From a virus (lineage: Duplodnaviria; Caudoviricetes), in the IMG/VR virus record IMGVR_UViG_3300047476_001256, positions 1 through 58,432 of that record: DNA of 58,432 nt. One strand, 5' to 3'. Within the stretch, counting starts at the first letter, position 1. Each line of letters begins with the position of its first letter. The notes under the pieces were generated by a model. It did not search any database. It saw nothing but the letters and a program-made list of their open reading frames with translations, and was not told the DNA's origin. Position numbers and translations under genes: made by a program. Shown piece after piece: positions 56,734 to 58,432 of the stretch.

Positions 56734-57572
56734 TATGATAGTAAGTGATAATACTCCTTGAAGTGTTTAATCCTATCTGCCAATCCGATTGTTCCACCGT
56801 TTACTCTTTTAGTAATCTTTGTTACAACTGCATCCGTTGCTCCTTCATCTGCCATTTTATGTAAACCATTTTTAGAGAAGAACCAAGCTGCTGATAGCAA
56901 TGCGTAGTCAGTTGCAACTTTCTCTGGATTTGTAGTCATATCTTCGCCGATTGATTTACCAAATGCAGTGTAGTTATCTTTACCTGTTAATTGAATGTAT
57001 CCTCTACCACAGAATTTTGCACCATCACCACTACTTTCAGGACCATTACCCATTCTACCACCATATACTTTGTTAGCAATTTTTTGTGGTTGTCTTGCGT
57101 ATTGATTTGCAATTGCTTCGGTTGGGAAATACTTTTTGAATATACCCATCAAACCTTTTGCCGAATAGTTTAAGTTTTCTTTTGTAAGTCTAAATCCACC
57201 ACTTTCATGCCCACATTGTGCTAAGAAGTGTGCTAATCTCAATGGAGTATTAATTTGGAATTTTGCAGCAGTGTCAGGAATCATTTTAATTACTGCATCT
57301 GGAATATGTCCTTTTAATTTGTCTAATTTTAATCCACCAACAGGTACGATTGGAGTTGGTTCAACAGGTGCAACTGATACACCACTATGACCCATAATCA
57401 TTTCCCATGTCTTAGGGCCTACAATACCATCTGCAGGTAATCCGTGTTTTGTTTGAAATTCTTTTACGGCCGCTTCTGTTTTTGGGCCAAAGTTAGTAAC
57501 AGCTGGAGAGATACCTAATTTCTCTTGCATCAACTTTACATTTTCATTATTGTCACCTTTTCTTAACAACAT
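56733..57572 (-). CDS. endolysin: peptidoglycan-binding domain + GH19 catalytic domain
   Basis: FGPKT.AAVKEFQ...DGIVGPKT; FLAQ..HESGGF; GRGYIQLTG; INGG..GL.DR. Confidence 0.93.
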   Translation of the reverse strand: MLLRKGDNNENVKLMQEKLGISPAVTNFGPKTEAAVKEFQTKHGLPADGIVGPKTWEMIMGHSGVSVAPVEPTPIVPVGGLKLDKLKGHIPDAVIKMIPDTAAKFQINTPLRLAHFLAQCGHESGGFRLTKENLNYSAKGLMGIFKKYFPTEAIANQYARQPQKIANKVYGGRMGNGPESSGDGAKFCGRGYIQLTGKDNYTAFGKSIGEDMTTNPEKVATDYALLSAAWFFSKNGLHKMADEGATDAVVTKITKRVNGGTIGLADRIKHFKEYYHLLS

Positions 57573-57605
57573 AATTTATAAGTTTAATTTCTTATAAATA
57601 TAATG

Positions 57606-58088
57606 TTATATCTTAAACTTACCTTTGTAGTTTATAATTTTTACTGGAATGTTTTTAAGTAGTGCAAATGCAGCCATTAAACGAGTATTCCCTGCTAATA
57701 AAAATAATTTACCATCCTCATCTCTTAATACTATTGGTGGTGGGACAGGTCTACCAGTTGAATATGCATTTACCAAACTACCCCAATCTCTATTATATTT
57801 GTCTGAAAGTGTAATTAAAACATCCGATGGATATTCTGCATCAATTATTTCAGACACATCACTATTCATTAAAGATTTGAATTGAACATCTGAAAGTTTA
57901 ACAGGTTTAGATGATTTCATAATATCAATCATTTCTTCCTTACTTTCAAATGCATTAGGTGCAACTCTTTTAGTATTATCATTTTTGAAATACTCATTAG
58001 TTTCACTCTTATATTCTTTATCTGTGTAATCTCTTATTACAACATCTTTAGAATAGTATGATTCTTTTAAAAGAGATAATAATTTCAT
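57606..58088 (-). CDS. ParB/Srx-like domain protein
   Basis: PPPIV.......LLAGNTRL; start adjusted to MKLLSLLKE. Confidence 0.65.
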   Translation of the reverse strand: MKLLSLLKESYYSKDVVIRDYTDKEYKSETNEYFKNDNTKRVAPNAFESKEEMIDIMKSSKPVKLSDVQFKSLMNSDVSEIIDAEYPSDVLITLSDKYNRDWGSLVNAYSTGRPVPPPIVLRDEDGKLFLLAGNTRLMAAFALLKNIPVKIINYKGKFKI

Positions 58089-58089
58089 T

Positions 58090-58224
58090 TTATCTGCCTT
58101 GTCCTTTGTATTTCTTTGGTTTTGGAGTATGCTTGTTATAACTCTTTGTACCAGAACCTGGACCAGTTTTTCTCTTACCAAACGATGTTTTTTGAGAAGA
58201 ACTACTACCTTTTGCTTTTGCCAT
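58090..58224 (-). CDS. small basic peptide (44 aa, not in ORF track)
   Basis: MAKAKGSSSSQKTSFGKRK...KKYKGQGR*. Confidence 0.6.
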   Translation of the reverse strand: MAKAKGSSSSQKTSFGKRKTGPGSGTKSYNKHTPKPKKYKGQGR

Positions 58225-58242
58225 AATTGGTTATTTTCCGAT

Positions 58243-58432
58243 TTACTTTACTTTTACTTTTTTGTTGTCTTAGTTGCTTTTTTAGTTGCTGGTTTTTTTA
58301 CTTTATCAGCTACTTTTGCAACTTCAGCTACTGCAGTCTTTACTTTTTCTGCTTTAGCTTTTGCTTTCTTAACTACAACTTTAACTTCTTCAACTTTCTC
58401 TTCGATTGCATCTGGAATGTTGTTGTTGTTTG
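58243..58432 (-). CDS. partial Lys/Ala-rich protein (5' end outside window)
   Basis: NNNNIPDAIEEKV...KKPATKKATKTTKK. Confidence 0.6.

Noticed and set aside
1985-57885. All plus-strand ORFs in the track
   Set aside because: Antisense shadows of minus-strand genes, mostly with non-ATG starts and no motifs.

Overview
AT-rich segment of a large (jumbo-type) dsDNA phage; essentially all real genes are on the minus strand. Recurrent TTTG-N20-TAnnTTTG promoters point to a Bacteroidota host. 1-38 kb: dense small accessory genes, including an expanded 'MLTIKN' paralog family, DNA ligase, GIY-YIG/ParB fusion, SPFH, a MoxR AAA+/VWA pair and RNA-end-healing-type enzymes. 38.3-44.5 kb: a stable-RNA island with tmRNA, tandem boxA promoters, a GOLLD-like giant RNA, 24 tRNAs forming a near-minimal complete decoding set, three tRNA-like RNAs with inserted arms and several unknown small structured RNAs. 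45-58 kb: secreted/envelope module (beta-barrel, CsgG-like, lectin-dockerin-cohesin proteins) and a GH19 endolysin. Best candidate for a new system: an unannotated 39-codon leader peptide (42214-42333) containing all 20 amino acids and overlapping the antiterminator of an intrinsic terminator placed directly before the tRNA array. This is an apparent 'pan-tRNA-sensing' ribosome-stalling attenuator that would switch on phage tRNAs when a host tRNA is depleted or cleaved. All calls are by eye, without database searches.
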